A DNA stretch of 41,931 nt from Gemmatimonadaceae bacterium (GCA_033763905.1 JANRJP010000138.1:1-41931), one strand, 5' to 3'. Positions 1 to 9,326 are shown, counted from the first letter of the stretch. Program-made: numbers and translations. The notes: a model not told the origin generated them from the sequence alone.

Positions 1-831
1 GCGGTGGACTGGGCGCGCGTGGCCACCCTGACGGCCAGCGGTATCGGATTCGACTTCGACTTCTTCGGCGACGGCTGCACGACGTACTGCCCGGAACTCC
101 TCGGCTGGTTCAACGCGATGGATACCGGCGTCGTCAGCACCCGCGTCGCGGCGCTGATGGACCCGACGCAGATCCACCCGTACTTCGTCTGCACGGCGGC
201 GTCGCCGCCGGGCTGCGTCAACGGCTCGCCGCAGCCCAACTCGGCGGACCGCCGGATGGGCGACGGGTCGTTCGGCACGGCCGCAATGACGGGCACCTTC
301 GGCAACATCCCGCGCACCGCCAACGGCGGCTCGGACTTCGCTTACACCGAGTACGAGCTCTTCAACCCGGCGCGTGGTATGTACCACCAGTCGAACATCG
401 CCCACGTGCGGTATGACGTCTCGGGCGTGCAGGACCCGAACGGCATCTGGGGCTGGTTCGGCCGCGCGCCGGCGATCAGCCGGACGACGAACGATCTGCT
501 CCGCGCCGAGGCCGAAATCCGCCGCGCGGGCGGTGACCTCGCGATCGCGGCCCAGATGATCAACAACACGCGCGTGACCCGTGGCGGCCTCGCCCCGGCG
601 ACCGCGGGTGAAGGGGCGGCGTCGCTCACGACGAAGCTCATCTACGAGCAGGAAATCGAACTCCTCGGCCTGGGGCCGTCGCCGTTCTATCAGCGGCGTC
701 GCGTCCCGAACGGTCTCCTCGTCGGCACGCCGCGCGAAATGCCGGTGCCCGCCAAGGAGCTCGGCGTGCTCGGGCAGGCGTTCTACACGTGGGGCGGCAC
801 GGGCCCGGCGAACTCGCCGACCCCTCCCTGA
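1..831 (+). CDS. SusD/RagB-family nutrient-uptake outer-membrane lipoprotein, C-terminal part (5' truncated by window)
   Basis: Frame 1 is open from the window edge to TGA at 829-831. It contains SusD-like C-terminal motifs LLRAEAEIR...AAQMINNTRVTRGGL and LIYEQEIEL...P.KEL, and is followed by a terminator hairpin. Confidence 0.7.
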   Translation, partial: AVDWARVATLTASGIGFDFDFFGDGCTTYCPELLGWFNAMDTGVVSTRVAALMDPTQIHPYFVCTAASPPGCVNGSPQPNSADRRMGDGSFGTAAMTGTFGNIPRTANGGSDFAYTEYELFNPARGMYHQSNIAHVRYDVSGVQDPNGIWGWFGRAPAISRTTNDLLRAEAEIRRAGGDLAIAAQMINNTRVTRGGLAPATAGEGAASLTTKLIYEQEIELLGLGPSPFYQRRRVPNGLLVGTPREMPVPAKELGVLGQAFYTWGGTGPANSPTPP

Positions 832-848
832 GTTCGGCGCCGCACGAA

Positions 849-893
849 TCGTGGGGGCCGGTGGCATTTGCCATCGGCCCCCGCGAGTTTTGT
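849..893 (+). terminator. Intrinsic (rho-independent) terminator
   Basis: TCGTGGGGGCCGGTGGC-attt-GCCATCGGCCCCCGCGA stem (17 bp with G:U pairs) followed by GTTTTGT, 17 nt after the SusD stop. Confidence 0.75.
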
Positions 894-899
894 CTCCCA

Positions 900-1853
900 A
901 TGATCTGCTCTCGAATTGGGACGACCGTCGCGGCGCTCGCGCTGATCGCGACGCTCGCGGCCTGCCGTGATCGCGCACCGGGCCCTGCAACCGTGACCGG
1001 CTTCGACGTCTCGTCGATGGCCGATGATCGCGACGCCGCACGACTCTGCGGTTTTCTCGCCCTGCAGCCGCAGACGCCGATGCGCCTGCCGCTGCCGGCC
1101 GGCCAGGACACGACGCTGCGTCCGGTGCAGCTGGCGTATCTCGACGGCCCGGGGATGCGCGGCCTTCGGGTCCTTCTGCCGTCGCCCGCGCCTGCGTACG
1201 TCTTCCGCGGCGTCAGCCGGAACGGCCGTCAGCGCGCGGCCTTTGTCCGTGTTCTGCGCAGCGCGGCGACCGGTGCGGCGTTGCTGCAACCGGGCGACTC
1301 GCTGGTGGCCGAGCTCCGGCAGCTCGACTCCGTGGCCGTGCACTGGTCCCCGTCCGACTCGACGCCGGGCGCGCTCAACGGGACGCTGCCGGACACCGCC
1401 ACCGAACTCGATCGCGCGGTCCCGGACATTCGGGAGCTCCCCGATTCCCCGTTGGCGCTCGATGCGGCCTGCCCCTCGGCGACGGTGGGCAGTCAGCTCT
1501 TTGCCCGCGTCGAACGGATCTTCCGGGTCCAAGTGCCTGCCGGCACCTGGGTGTTGGCGCGGGCGCGTGGCGCCCAATCCGGCGTGGTGATGGCGTTCGA
1601 TTTCCCCGCGCGCGTCGATAGTGGGCGCACGAACCTGCGGGCGGTGTTCACCGACTCGATCTACGTGGCAGACGACTCGAAGGTCACGATCCGGCTCCTG
1701 ACATCACCCAATCCGCGGACTGAACCGCCGGTGACCTTCGTGACCTTGAGTGTGGCGTTGCGCCGTGGCTCGGCGCCGGCCGCCCCACAGACCAGCGCAG
1801 CGCCCTCCCAAGCCGCCGCAGCGCCCTCGCAGGCCGCCGCAGCGCCCCGCTAG
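900..1853 (+). CDS. Hypothetical lipoprotein (317 aa) with Ala/Pro/Ser/Gln-rich C-terminal tail
   Basis: ATG at 900 directly after the terminator gives MICSRIGTTVAALALIATLAAC, a signal peptide with lipobox LAAC. The stop overlaps the convergent metG stop (CTAG). Confidence 0.65.
   Translation: MICSRIGTTVAALALIATLAACRDRAPGPATVTGFDVSSMADDRDAARLCGFLALQPQTPMRLPLPAGQDTTLRPVQLAYLDGPGMRGLRVLLPSPAPAYVFRGVSRNGRQRAAFVRVLRSAATGAALLQPGDSLVAELRQLDSVAVHWSPSDSTPGALNGTLPDTATELDRAVPDIRELPDSPLALDAACPSATVGSQLFARVERIFRVQVPAGTWVLARARGAQSGVVMAFDFPARVDSGRTNLRAVFTDSIYVADDSKVTIRLLTSPNPRTEPPVTFVTLSVALRRGSAPAAPQTSAAPSQAAAAPSQAAAAPR
1797..1847 (+). repeat. 21-bp in-frame tandem repeat (about 2.4 copies) encoding AAPSQAA
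   Basis: gcagcgccctcccaagccgcc / gcagcgccctcgcaggccgcc / gcagcgccc. Confidence 0.7.
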
Positions 1854-3397
1854 CCGGCCGCCACGGGGTCGGGCTTGGGAAACAGCCCCGCACCCTTGGT
1901 GACCCGCCAACCGGCCGCATCGAGCCGCTCAAGGCCCGCGAGCCGCTGATCCGACACGGCGCCCGGACCGCCGAGCGCCGACCAGAGCTCGGCCGCCTTG
2001 GTCGGCAGGAACGGCGACAGCACCACGGCCTGTCGAGCCAGCCGGCGGATCAGCGACGCCAGCACCTGATCGAGTTCTGCGGCCTTCTCAGGGTCCTTCG
2101 CCAGCTTGAAGGGGGCGGCGACCTGCACGTACTCGTTGGCACGCGTCACGGTGCGCCAGATGCAGGTCAGGGCCTCGTGCGGCAGGAAGCCGCGACGGCC
2201 ATCCATCGCGTCATCGGCCTCGCGCAGATCGGCCAAGTCGGCCGCATCGCCGTCCACCGGCGCGGCGCTGGGCACGACGCCGCCGCGATACTTCTCGACC
2301 ATCGCGGTCACGCGGCTCGCGAGGTTGCCGAGGCCGTTGGCGAGGTCGGCGACATAGCGGTCGTCGAAGCGCTCCCACGAGAACGAGCCGTCGCCGTCGA
2401 AGGGCACTTCGCGGAGCAGGAAGTAGCGGAAGGCGTCCGGCCCCCACTTCGCGATGGCCTCGGGGAGCGAAATCTTGACCCCCGCACTCTTCGAGAAGCG
2501 CTCACCGCCAAACGAAATGAAGCCGTGGGCCCACACGCGCTCAGGCAACGGAAGCCCCGCCGCCTCGAGCATCGCCGGCCACACGATGGTGTGCAGGCGC
2601 GTGATGTCCTTGCCGACGATGTGCACCTGCGCTGGCCAACGCGTCACCCAATCGCCGTGGGGATACCCGGTCGCGGTGAGATAGTTGGGGAGCGCGTCGA
2701 ACCAGACCCACGTCCCCTGCGGGACGCCGTCGTCGGTGTCGTAGGGGAAGGGGATGGCCCACGAGAGCCGCGAGCGCGTGATCGACAGGTCTTCGAGTCC
2801 GCCCTCGAGCAGCGCGAGCATCTCGTTGCGGCGCGTGTCGGGCTGCAGAAACTCCGGCCGCTCGGCGAACAGCCGCTTCAGGAAGTCGGTGTACGCGGTG
2901 AGCCGGAAGAACCAGTTCGTTTCCTTCGTCCACTGCAATTCGCGCGTCGGATGCAGGACGCACTTGCCGTCGACGATTTCGGCGTCGCGCTTGAACAGTT
3001 CGCAGCCGACGCAGTACCAGCCCTCGTACGTGTGCTGATAGAAGTCGTCCGGCCGACGCTCGTGGATGCGGCGGATGAGCGCGACCACGCCGGCCTTGTG
3101 GGCAGGTTGCGTGGTGCGAATGAACTGGTCGTGCGAAATGCCAAGGCTGGCCCAGGTCTCCTCGAACACCCGGGCGACGCCATCGACGAAGGCCTGCGGA
3201 TCGACGCCCTGTGCGGCGGCGGTCTGCGCGACCTTCTGGCCGTGCTCGTCCATCCCGATGCACAGGTGCACGGCTTCGCCGCGCAGACGGTGCCAGCGCG
3301 CAATCGCGTCGGCCCCGATCTTCTCGAGTGCGTGCCCGAAGTGTGGATCACCGTTGGCGTAGTCGATCGCCGTCGTGAGATAGAACCGAGGCGTCAC
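1850..3397 (-). CDS. metG: Methionine--tRNA ligase (short form, no C-terminal tRNA-binding domain)
   Basis: FYLTTAIDYANGDPHFGH (HIGH motif), GMDEHGQK, FIRTT, Zn knuckle CVGC...CVLH, WFDAL, GKDI, RFSKS (KMSKS motif). The GTG start overlaps the ricT stop. Confidence 0.96.
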   Translation of the reverse strand: MTPRFYLTTAIDYANGDPHFGHALEKIGADAIARWHRLRGEAVHLCIGMDEHGQKVAQTAAAQGVDPQAFVDGVARVFEETWASLGISHDQFIRTTQPAHKAGVVALIRRIHERRPDDFYQHTYEGWYCVGCELFKRDAEIVDGKCVLHPTRELQWTKETNWFFRLTAYTDFLKRLFAERPEFLQPDTRRNEMLALLEGGLEDLSITRSRLSWAIPFPYDTDDGVPQGTWVWFDALPNYLTATGYPHGDWVTRWPAQVHIVGKDITRLHTIVWPAMLEAAGLPLPERVWAHGFISFGGERFSKSAGVKISLPEAIAKWGPDAFRYFLLREVPFDGDGSFSWERFDDRYVADLANGLGNLASRVTAMVEKYRGGVVPSAAPVDGDAADLADLREADDAMDGRRGFLPHEALTCIWRTVTRANEYVQVAAPFKLAKDPEKAAELDQVLASLIRRLARQAVVLSPFLPTKAAELWSALGGPGAVSDQRLAGLERLDAAGWRVTKGAGLFPKPDPVAAG

Positions 3398-4752
3398 GCC
3401 TGTTCTCCGTTGGAAGGCCCGCCGCCGGGCTTGTGTCGTCGTCCGCCGCGTCGGCCACGCCGCCGGCGGCGCTCGTCGCCGCCGGCAGCCGAAGCGTCTG
3501 GGGTGCCCGCGGCGGGCCCTCGCCCCGAGGCCGCCGATGGCGCTGCTGGCGTCGATGGCGCGGACGGCGCCGGACCGCGTGCGGACGCGTCATCGCGCGT
3601 CCGTGGCGGGGGACTGCCGCCGCCCGGTTTCGGACCGCGACCGGGCCGCGTGTCCTCACGTGGCGGCCGCGACTCGGCGACCGGCAACGCGCGGCTTCTA
3701 CCGCCACGCCCGTCCGGCGCGCCCGACGGCGCGCGACCACCGGGGGCCTGCGGGCCGCGGCGATCGCTGCGCGTCGGTCGCGGCGGCTCCTCGGGCACGA
3801 GGTCGTCGCTGGACGCATCGGACTCGCTCGGCTCGTCGTCGCCGACGGACGGCAGCGGGAGTTCGCCCGCGAGCTCCCGCTGGAAATCCACCAGGGTGAC
3901 CACGCGCGTTTCGCCTTCGGCAGACCGCAACGTCATCCGCTCACGGAAGATGTCGATCGCCAACACCTTCTCTTCGCCCTTCGGCGTCGCGATGATTTTG
4001 CCTTCCTTGGGAAACTTCTTGCGCTGCTGCACATAGAACTCGTGCTCGTAGCGCAGGCAGCACATCAGGCGGCCACAGGCCCCCGAGATCTGCGTCGGAT
4101 TCAGCGACAGCTTTTGATCCTTCGCGACGCCCAGATTGACCGGCTTGAGTTCGGGGAGCCACGAGGCCGAGCAGTACTCGCGCCCGCAGCGCCCGATGCC
4201 CGAGAGCCGCTTCGCTTCGTCGCGCACACCGATCTGCCGCAGCTCGATGCGCGTCCGGAACCGGCTCGCCAGATCCCGCACGAGCTCACGGAAATCCACC
4301 CGCTGCTCGCTCGTGAAATACAGCACGAGCCGCTGGCGATCGAAGCGCCACTCGGCGTCGGCGAGCTTCATCGCGAGCCGGTAATGGCGGACGCGCTCCA
4401 TCGCTTCGCGGCGCGACGGTTCGTCGCGCTCGCGCATTTCCGCGTGCCGCTGGCGGTCGCCCTTCGTGGCGAGGCGGATGATGCGCGCCGTGGGCCAGCC
4501 GTCCGGGCCGAAGCCGTGCGCCGCGCCGCGGCCGCGCGTGAGCGCGCGCTCGCCGATGCTGTGCACCGTGCCGTAGTCCTCGCCGCGATCGGCGTCGACG
4601 ACCACCGGTGTGCCCACCGACGGGGTCGGGCCGCTCCACAAAAAGAACTCGCGACGGTTCCCCTTGAACGCGACCTCGACCACCGCGTCGGCAGGCGGCG
4701 CGGTGGACTCGGGGGGACCGCTGGGTTCTTCGACGAGCGGCGGATTGGCCAT
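3394..4752 (-). CDS. ricT: PSP1-domain / RicT (YaaT, stage 0 sporulation family) Fe-S protein with long disordered C-terminal tail
   Basis: YFTSEQRVDFRELVRDLA..FRTRIELRQIGVRDEAK..GIGRCGREYC..AKDQKLSLNPTQISGACGRLMCCLRYE matches the YaaT signature. ATG at 4752 chosen as start. Confidence 0.9.
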   Translation of the reverse strand: MANPPLVEEPSGPPESTAPPADAVVEVAFKGNRREFFLWSGPTPSVGTPVVVDADRGEDYGTVHSIGERALTRGRGAAHGFGPDGWPTARIIRLATKGDRQRHAEMRERDEPSRREAMERVRHYRLAMKLADAEWRFDRQRLVLYFTSEQRVDFRELVRDLASRFRTRIELRQIGVRDEAKRLSGIGRCGREYCSASWLPELKPVNLGVAKDQKLSLNPTQISGACGRLMCCLRYEHEFYVQQRKKFPKEGKIIATPKGEEKVLAIDIFRERMTLRSAEGETRVVTLVDFQRELAGELPLPSVGDDEPSESDASSDDLVPEEPPRPTRSDRRGPQAPGGRAPSGAPDGRGGRSRALPVAESRPPREDTRPGRGPKPGGGSPPPRTRDDASARGPAPSAPSTPAAPSAASGRGPAAGTPDASAAGGDERRRRRGRRGGRRHKPGGGPSNGEQA

Positions 4753-4756
4753 CCTG

Positions 4757-4802
4757 CAAAATACAGCGGCGCGGGGGCCTCCGGGGGCCACCGCGCCGCT
4801 GT
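4757..4802 (-). terminator. Probable intrinsic terminator after accA
   Basis: 17-bp inverted repeat (4763-4779 / 4786-4802, one mismatch), followed on the minus strand by ATTTTG. Confidence 0.6.
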
Positions 4803-4821
4803 TTCGGACTGCCGAAGGCGG

Positions 4822-5793
4822 TCAGTCCGACTCGATGACCGAACCGATCTTGAGGAACTTTTCGCGCCGACGCCGGATCAGCTTCTCGGGCTTGAGCCCC
4901 TTGAGCTGATCCAGGGATTCCACCAGCGCGTCGTGCAGCGATTGCGCCGCGACTTCGGGCATCGCGTGGGCGCCGCCGGGCGGCTCCTCGATGATGTGGT
5001 CGATGACGCCAAGGCGCAGCAGGTCGGGCGCCGTGATCTTGAGGGCATTCGCGGCCCGTTCGCGCGTCTCGAGGCTCTTGCCGTCCTTCCACAGAATGGC
5101 GGCGCAACCCTCGACCGTGATGACCGAGTAGACCGAGTGCTCGAACATCATCACGCGGTCGGCCACGCCGAGCGCGAGCGCCCCGCCGGAGCCGCCCTCG
5201 CCGATCACCGTCGCAATGATCGGCACGGTGAGTCGGCTCATCTCGTACAAGTTGCGCGCGATCGCTTCGCTCTGGCCGCGTTCTTCCGCGCCGAGCCCTG
5301 CCCAGGCACCCGGCGTGTCGATGAAGGTGATGACCGGCACCTGGAACTTCTCGGCGAGCTTCATCAACCGCAGCGCCTTGCGATAGCCCTCGGGATGGGG
5401 CATCCCGAAGTTGCGCTTGAGGTTCTCCTTGGTGTCGCGGCCGCGCTGCTGGCCGATGATCATCACCGTTTCGCCTTCGAGCCGCGCCCAGCCGCCCACG
5501 ATCGCCGCGTCTTCGCGGAAGGCGCGATCGCCGTGCAGCTCGATCCAGTCGGTGCAGCACATCCGGATATAGTCGAGCGTGAACGGCCGTCGCGGATGCC
5601 GGGCGACCTGCACCCGCTGCAGCGGCGTGAGGTTCTTGTAGATGTCGAGCCGCAGCGACTCGAGCTTGGCGGTCAGCGGCGCGATTTCGGCTTCGACCGG
5701 CACTTCGTGGCCTTCCGCTGACTTGCGCAGTTCCTCGATCTGCCGTTCCAGATCGGCGATCGGCTTTTCGAATTCGAGCAGGGTGGTTCCCAT
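4822..5793 (-). CDS. accA: Acetyl-CoA carboxylase carboxyltransferase alpha subunit
   Basis: LEFEKPI, ARHPRRP, ELHGDR, NFGMPHPEGYRKALRLM, FIDTPGA, IGEGGSGGAL. Directly downstream of dnaE, the classic dnaE-accA synteny. Confidence 0.97.
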   Translation of the reverse strand: MGTTLLEFEKPIADLERQIEELRKSAEGHEVPVEAEIAPLTAKLESLRLDIYKNLTPLQRVQVARHPRRPFTLDYIRMCCTDWIELHGDRAFREDAAIVGGWARLEGETVMIIGQQRGRDTKENLKRNFGMPHPEGYRKALRLMKLAEKFQVPVITFIDTPGAWAGLGAEERGQSEAIARNLYEMSRLTVPIIATVIGEGGSGGALALGVADRVMMFEHSVYSVITVEGCAAILWKDGKSLETRERAANALKITAPDLLRLGVIDHIIEEPPGGAHAMPEVAAQSLHDALVESLDQLKGLKPEKLIRRRREKFLKIGSVIESD

Positions 5794-8700
5794 TCACTTC
5801 CCTCGTTCGAGGCGCACCCGCTCTTCGCCGAGCAGGGCACGCAGTTCCTTCAGGGCCGGACCACTCGCGCTCACCGTGAGCGATCGCGAGCGCCAACGCG
5901 CCCGCTGGCCGGCACCGTCATTCCAGCGTACTTCGAGCGGCGACGAGCCCGGAAAGGCTTCCGCCACCGCCTTCACATCCTCCCACAGCGCCGCACCGGC
6001 CTGCGCGGCGTCGGGGGTCAGCTCCAGCGACACCGTCAATTGCCCGGTGGCGCGCACTTCGGCCATGCGCTGCACCGATTCCACGATGAACGTCGGCGAC
6101 TCGGCACCTTGGTCACGCTTCGAGTAGCCGCCGCTCAGCAAGAGCGGAATGTCGGGCTTGATCTGGTCGCCGATCGCGGCCCACTTCTCGGGGAAGACCA
6201 GCAGTTCGCCCGCCCCGGTGAAGTCTTCGACCGCGAGCCGCGCGAATTCGGCGCCGGACTTCTTCGAGATCTGCCGCTTGACCGAGGTGACCACCACTGC
6301 GAGCGTGATCGGATCGGGCGTCCAGCTGCCGAGCTCCGAGACGCCGTGGGTCGCGAAGAGTTCCGACTCGGTGCGGAACGGGTCCAGCGGATGCCCCGAC
6401 ACATAGAAGCCGAGAATCGCCTTCTCCTGCTGGAGTCGTTCGCTCTCCGAGAGCGGCGCCATCGTCGGCAGGGCCCGCGCGCCGCTGTTGGTACGCGGCG
6501 CCGAGGGCGCGGCATCCCCGAAGAGCGATGACTGGCCGATCTCGCGCTCCTGCTGCGCGAGGCTCGCTTCCTGCATCGCCGTGTCGAGCGCGGCGAGGAG
6601 CTGCGCGCGGTGGGCGCCGCCGACGTCGTCCAGCGCCCCGGCCGCGATGAGCGATTCGATGGCGCGACGGTTGCACGCGCGGAGATCGATCCGCGCACAG
6701 AAATCGAACAGATCGGTGAACGGCCGCTCGCGCCGCGCCGCGATGATCGAGTCGATCGCGCTGCGACCGACGTTGCGGACGGCGCCCAAGCCGAAGCGGA
6801 TCTTGTCATCGGCGATGACGGTGAACTTCCAGCCGCTTTCGTTGACGTGCGGCGGCAGCACCTCGAGCCCGAGTTCGCGCGCCTCGGTGACGTACTTGAC
6901 GACCGAGTCGGTGTCGCCGATGCAACTCGTCAGCAACGCCGCGCAGAAGTCGGCCGGGTAGTGCGCCTTGAGCCAGGCCGTGTGGTAGGCGACGACCGAA
7001 TACGCGACCGAGTGCGACTTGTTGAAGCCGTAGCGGCCGAAGGTTTCGATCTGGCCGGCAATGTCCTTGATGACGGCCCCATCGAAGCCGCGCGCGACCG
7101 CCTTGGTTTCGAACTTGCCGAGCTCGGCCTTGATGAGCTCGGCGTCCTTCTTGCCGACCGCCTTGCGGAGGACGTCGGCTTCGGCGAGCGACACGCCGGC
7201 CAGCACCTGCGCGATACGCATCACCTGTTCCTGATAGGTGATGACGCCGTAGGTGGGTTCGAGGATCGGTTCGAGTTCGGGCAGCTGGTAGCTGACCGGC
7301 TCTTCGCCGCGCTTGCGCTTGATGTAGACGTTGTGCATCCCGGTGTCGAGCGGACCGGGACGGAGCAGCGCGTTGGAGGCAACCAAGTCGTCGAAGCGGT
7401 CGCAGCGCATCCGCTTGAGCACGTCGGTGGCCAGCGGCGATTCGAACTGGAAGACGCCGGCCGTGCGGCCGCTGCGGAGCAGCCGGTAGGTGGCCTCGTC
7501 GTCGAGCGGCAACGTGTCGACGTCGATCAGCACGTCCTTGCGCGCCGCAATGGACTTCACTGCGTCGGTGATGACGGTGAGGGTCGTGAGCCCAAGGAAG
7601 TCCATCTTTAGCATCCCGGCCTTCTCGAGCGCCGTCATATCGTACTGCGTGACGACGACCGATTCTTCGCTGTTGGCGCCCGCGCCCGAGCCCTTGGTGC
7701 TCTGCGTGCAGATCGGCACGTAGTCGTCGAGCGGGCCCGGCGCGATCACGACGCCGGCCGCGTGCACGCCGGTATGCCGCGAGAGGCCTTCGAGCTCCAC
7801 CGCGAAGTCGAGCAGCTGCGTGTAGCGCGGGTCGTCCTTGTAGAGCTTCTTGACCTCGGGGATCTGCTCGATCGCCTCGGCGACGGTCAGCGAGAAGTTG
7901 GGCTGGTTGGGGATCAGCTTCGCCAGCGCGTCGGTCTCGGCGGGCGTGAAGCCCAGCGTGCGGCCGACATCCTTGACCGCCGCGCGCGACTTCATCGTCC
8001 CGAAGGTGACGATCTGTCCGACCGACTCGCGGCCGTACTTCTCGCGCACGTACTCGATGACTTCCCCACGCCGTTCGAAGCAGAAGTCGACGTCGACGTC
8101 GGGCATCGAGACGCGCTCCGGATTCAGGAAGCGCTCGAAGAGCAGGTCGAACTTGAGCGGGCAGACATTGGTGATCTTGAGCGCGTAGGCCACCAGCGAT
8201 CCGGCGGCGGAGCCGCGCCCCGGACCGACGGGAATGCCGCGGTCCCGCGCCGCCTTGATGAAGTCGGCGACGATGAGGAAGTAGCCGGCGTAGCCCGTCT
8301 TGGTGATGACGCCCAATTCGTAGTCAAGCCGCTCCTGCACTTCAGTAGGCAGCGGGTCGCCGTATCGCGCCTTGGCGCCCTCGACCGAGAGCTGCACCAG
8401 CAGATCGTTCTCGGTGGCGATGCCGGTCGGCAGCGGGAAGGACGGGACGTAGTACTTCTTGCCGAACTGGATATCGGTCTCGCCCGCAATCTTGACCGTG
8501 TTCTCGAGGACGTCCGGTCGGTCGGGAAAGACGGCCGCCATTTCGGGGCCACTCTTGAAGTACAGCCCCTCGTCGTAGTGCATCCGGTTCGGATCGTTGT
8601 GATCCTTGCCGAGGCCAATGCAGAGCAGCACGTCGTGCGCGGCGTGGGAGTCCGCCTTGAGGAAGTGCGCATCGTTCGTGGCGACGACGGGCAGGCCCAG

Positions 8701-9288
8701 ATCGGAGGCCAGCGAGAAGATCTGCCGATTGAGGTCGCGCTGCCCCGGGCTGTTGTGGGCCTGCACTTCGAGGTAGTACCGCCCGTCGAACAGGTTCGCG
8801 TACCACTCGGCGGCGGCGCGGGCCTCGTCAGGGCGGCCCGCCAGCAGGTGCGAGGCCACCTCGCCCGCCATGCAGGCCGAGGACACTACGATCCCTTCCG
8901 AGTACTTTGCCAGCAGTTCGCGATCGACGCGGGGCTTCACATAGAAGCCCTCGGTGTAGGCGAGCGAGGACAGCTTGACGAGATTCCGGTAGCCGGTCAA
9001 GTCGCGGGCCAGCAGCACCAAGTGGTAGTAGGGCTTGGCGCCCGCTTGGGGGCGGCTGCGTTCGCGTCGGTCGCCCGGGGCAACGTAGGCCTCCATCCCG
9101 ATGATCGGGGTGATCTTGGCCTTCCGCGCCTTCTCCTGGAACTCCCACGCGGCGTGGAGGTTACCGTGGTCGGTAATCGCCAGTCCGGGCTGCTCGAACT
9201 CCTGGGCGCGACGGATCAGGTCGTCGATCCGGTTCGCGCCGTCGAGTAGGGAATACTCGGTGTGGCAATGCAGGTGGACGAACGACAT
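5794..9288 (-). CDS. dnaE: DNA polymerase III alpha subunit (1164 aa)
   Basis: Start MSFVHLHCHTEYSLLDG (PHP domain), GPGRGSAAGS, FERFLNPERVSMPDVDVDF, KMDFLGL, YGFNKSH and a C-terminal OB fold. The ORF-track upstream extension is antisense to the next gene. Confidence 0.97.
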   Translation of the reverse strand: MSFVHLHCHTEYSLLDGANRIDDLIRRAQEFEQPGLAITDHGNLHAAWEFQEKARKAKITPIIGMEAYVAPGDRRERSRPQAGAKPYYHLVLLARDLTGYRNLVKLSSLAYTEGFYVKPRVDRELLAKYSEGIVVSSACMAGEVASHLLAGRPDEARAAAEWYANLFDGRYYLEVQAHNSPGQRDLNRQIFSLASDLGLPVVATNDAHFLKADSHAAHDVLLCIGLGKDHNDPNRMHYDEGLYFKSGPEMAAVFPDRPDVLENTVKIAGETDIQFGKKYYVPSFPLPTGIATENDLLVQLSVEGAKARYGDPLPTEVQERLDYELGVITKTGYAGYFLIVADFIKAARDRGIPVGPGRGSAAGSLVAYALKITNVCPLKFDLLFERFLNPERVSMPDVDVDFCFERRGEVIEYVREKYGRESVGQIVTFGTMKSRAAVKDVGRTLGFTPAETDALAKLIPNQPNFSLTVAEAIEQIPEVKKLYKDDPRYTQLLDFAVELEGLSRHTGVHAAGVVIAPGPLDDYVPICTQSTKGSGAGANSEESVVVTQYDMTALEKAGMLKMDFLGLTTLTVITDAVKSIAARKDVLIDVDTLPLDDEATYRLLRSGRTAGVFQFESPLATDVLKRMRCDRFDDLVASNALLRPGPLDTGMHNVYIKRKRGEEPVSYQLPELEPILEPTYGVITYQEQVMRIAQVLAGVSLAEADVLRKAVGKKDAELIKAELGKFETKAVARGFDGAVIKDIAGQIETFGRYGFNKSHSVAYSVVAYHTAWLKAHYPADFCAALLTSCIGDTDSVVKYVTEARELGLEVLPPHVNESGWKFTVIADDKIRFGLGAVRNVGRSAIDSIIAARRERPFTDLFDFCARIDLRACNRRAIESLIAAGALDDVGGAHRAQLLAALDTAMQEASLAQQEREIGQSSLFGDAAPSAPRTNSGARALPTMAPLSESERLQQEKAILGFYVSGHPLDPFRTESELFATHGVSELGSWTPDPITLAVVVTSVKRQISKKSGAEFARLAVEDFTGAGELLVFPEKWAAIGDQIKPDIPLLLSGGYSKRDQGAESPTFIVESVQRMAEVRATGQLTVSLELTPDAAQAGAALWEDVKAVAEAFPGSSPLEVRWNDGAGQRARWRSRSLTVSASGPALKELRALLGEERVRLERGK

Positions 9289-9297
9289 TGGACTGCG

Positions 9298-9326
9298 AAG
9301 GTAGTGATGCCGATCACGGTCGTCAA
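9298..9326 (-). promoter_or_regulatory. Sigma70-type promoter of dnaE (TTGACG-N17-TACCTT), 9 nt upstream of ATG
   Basis: The minus strand reads TTGACG-accgtgatcggcatcac-TACCTT-cgcagtcca-ATG. No Shine-Dalgarno is present. Confidence 0.6.
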
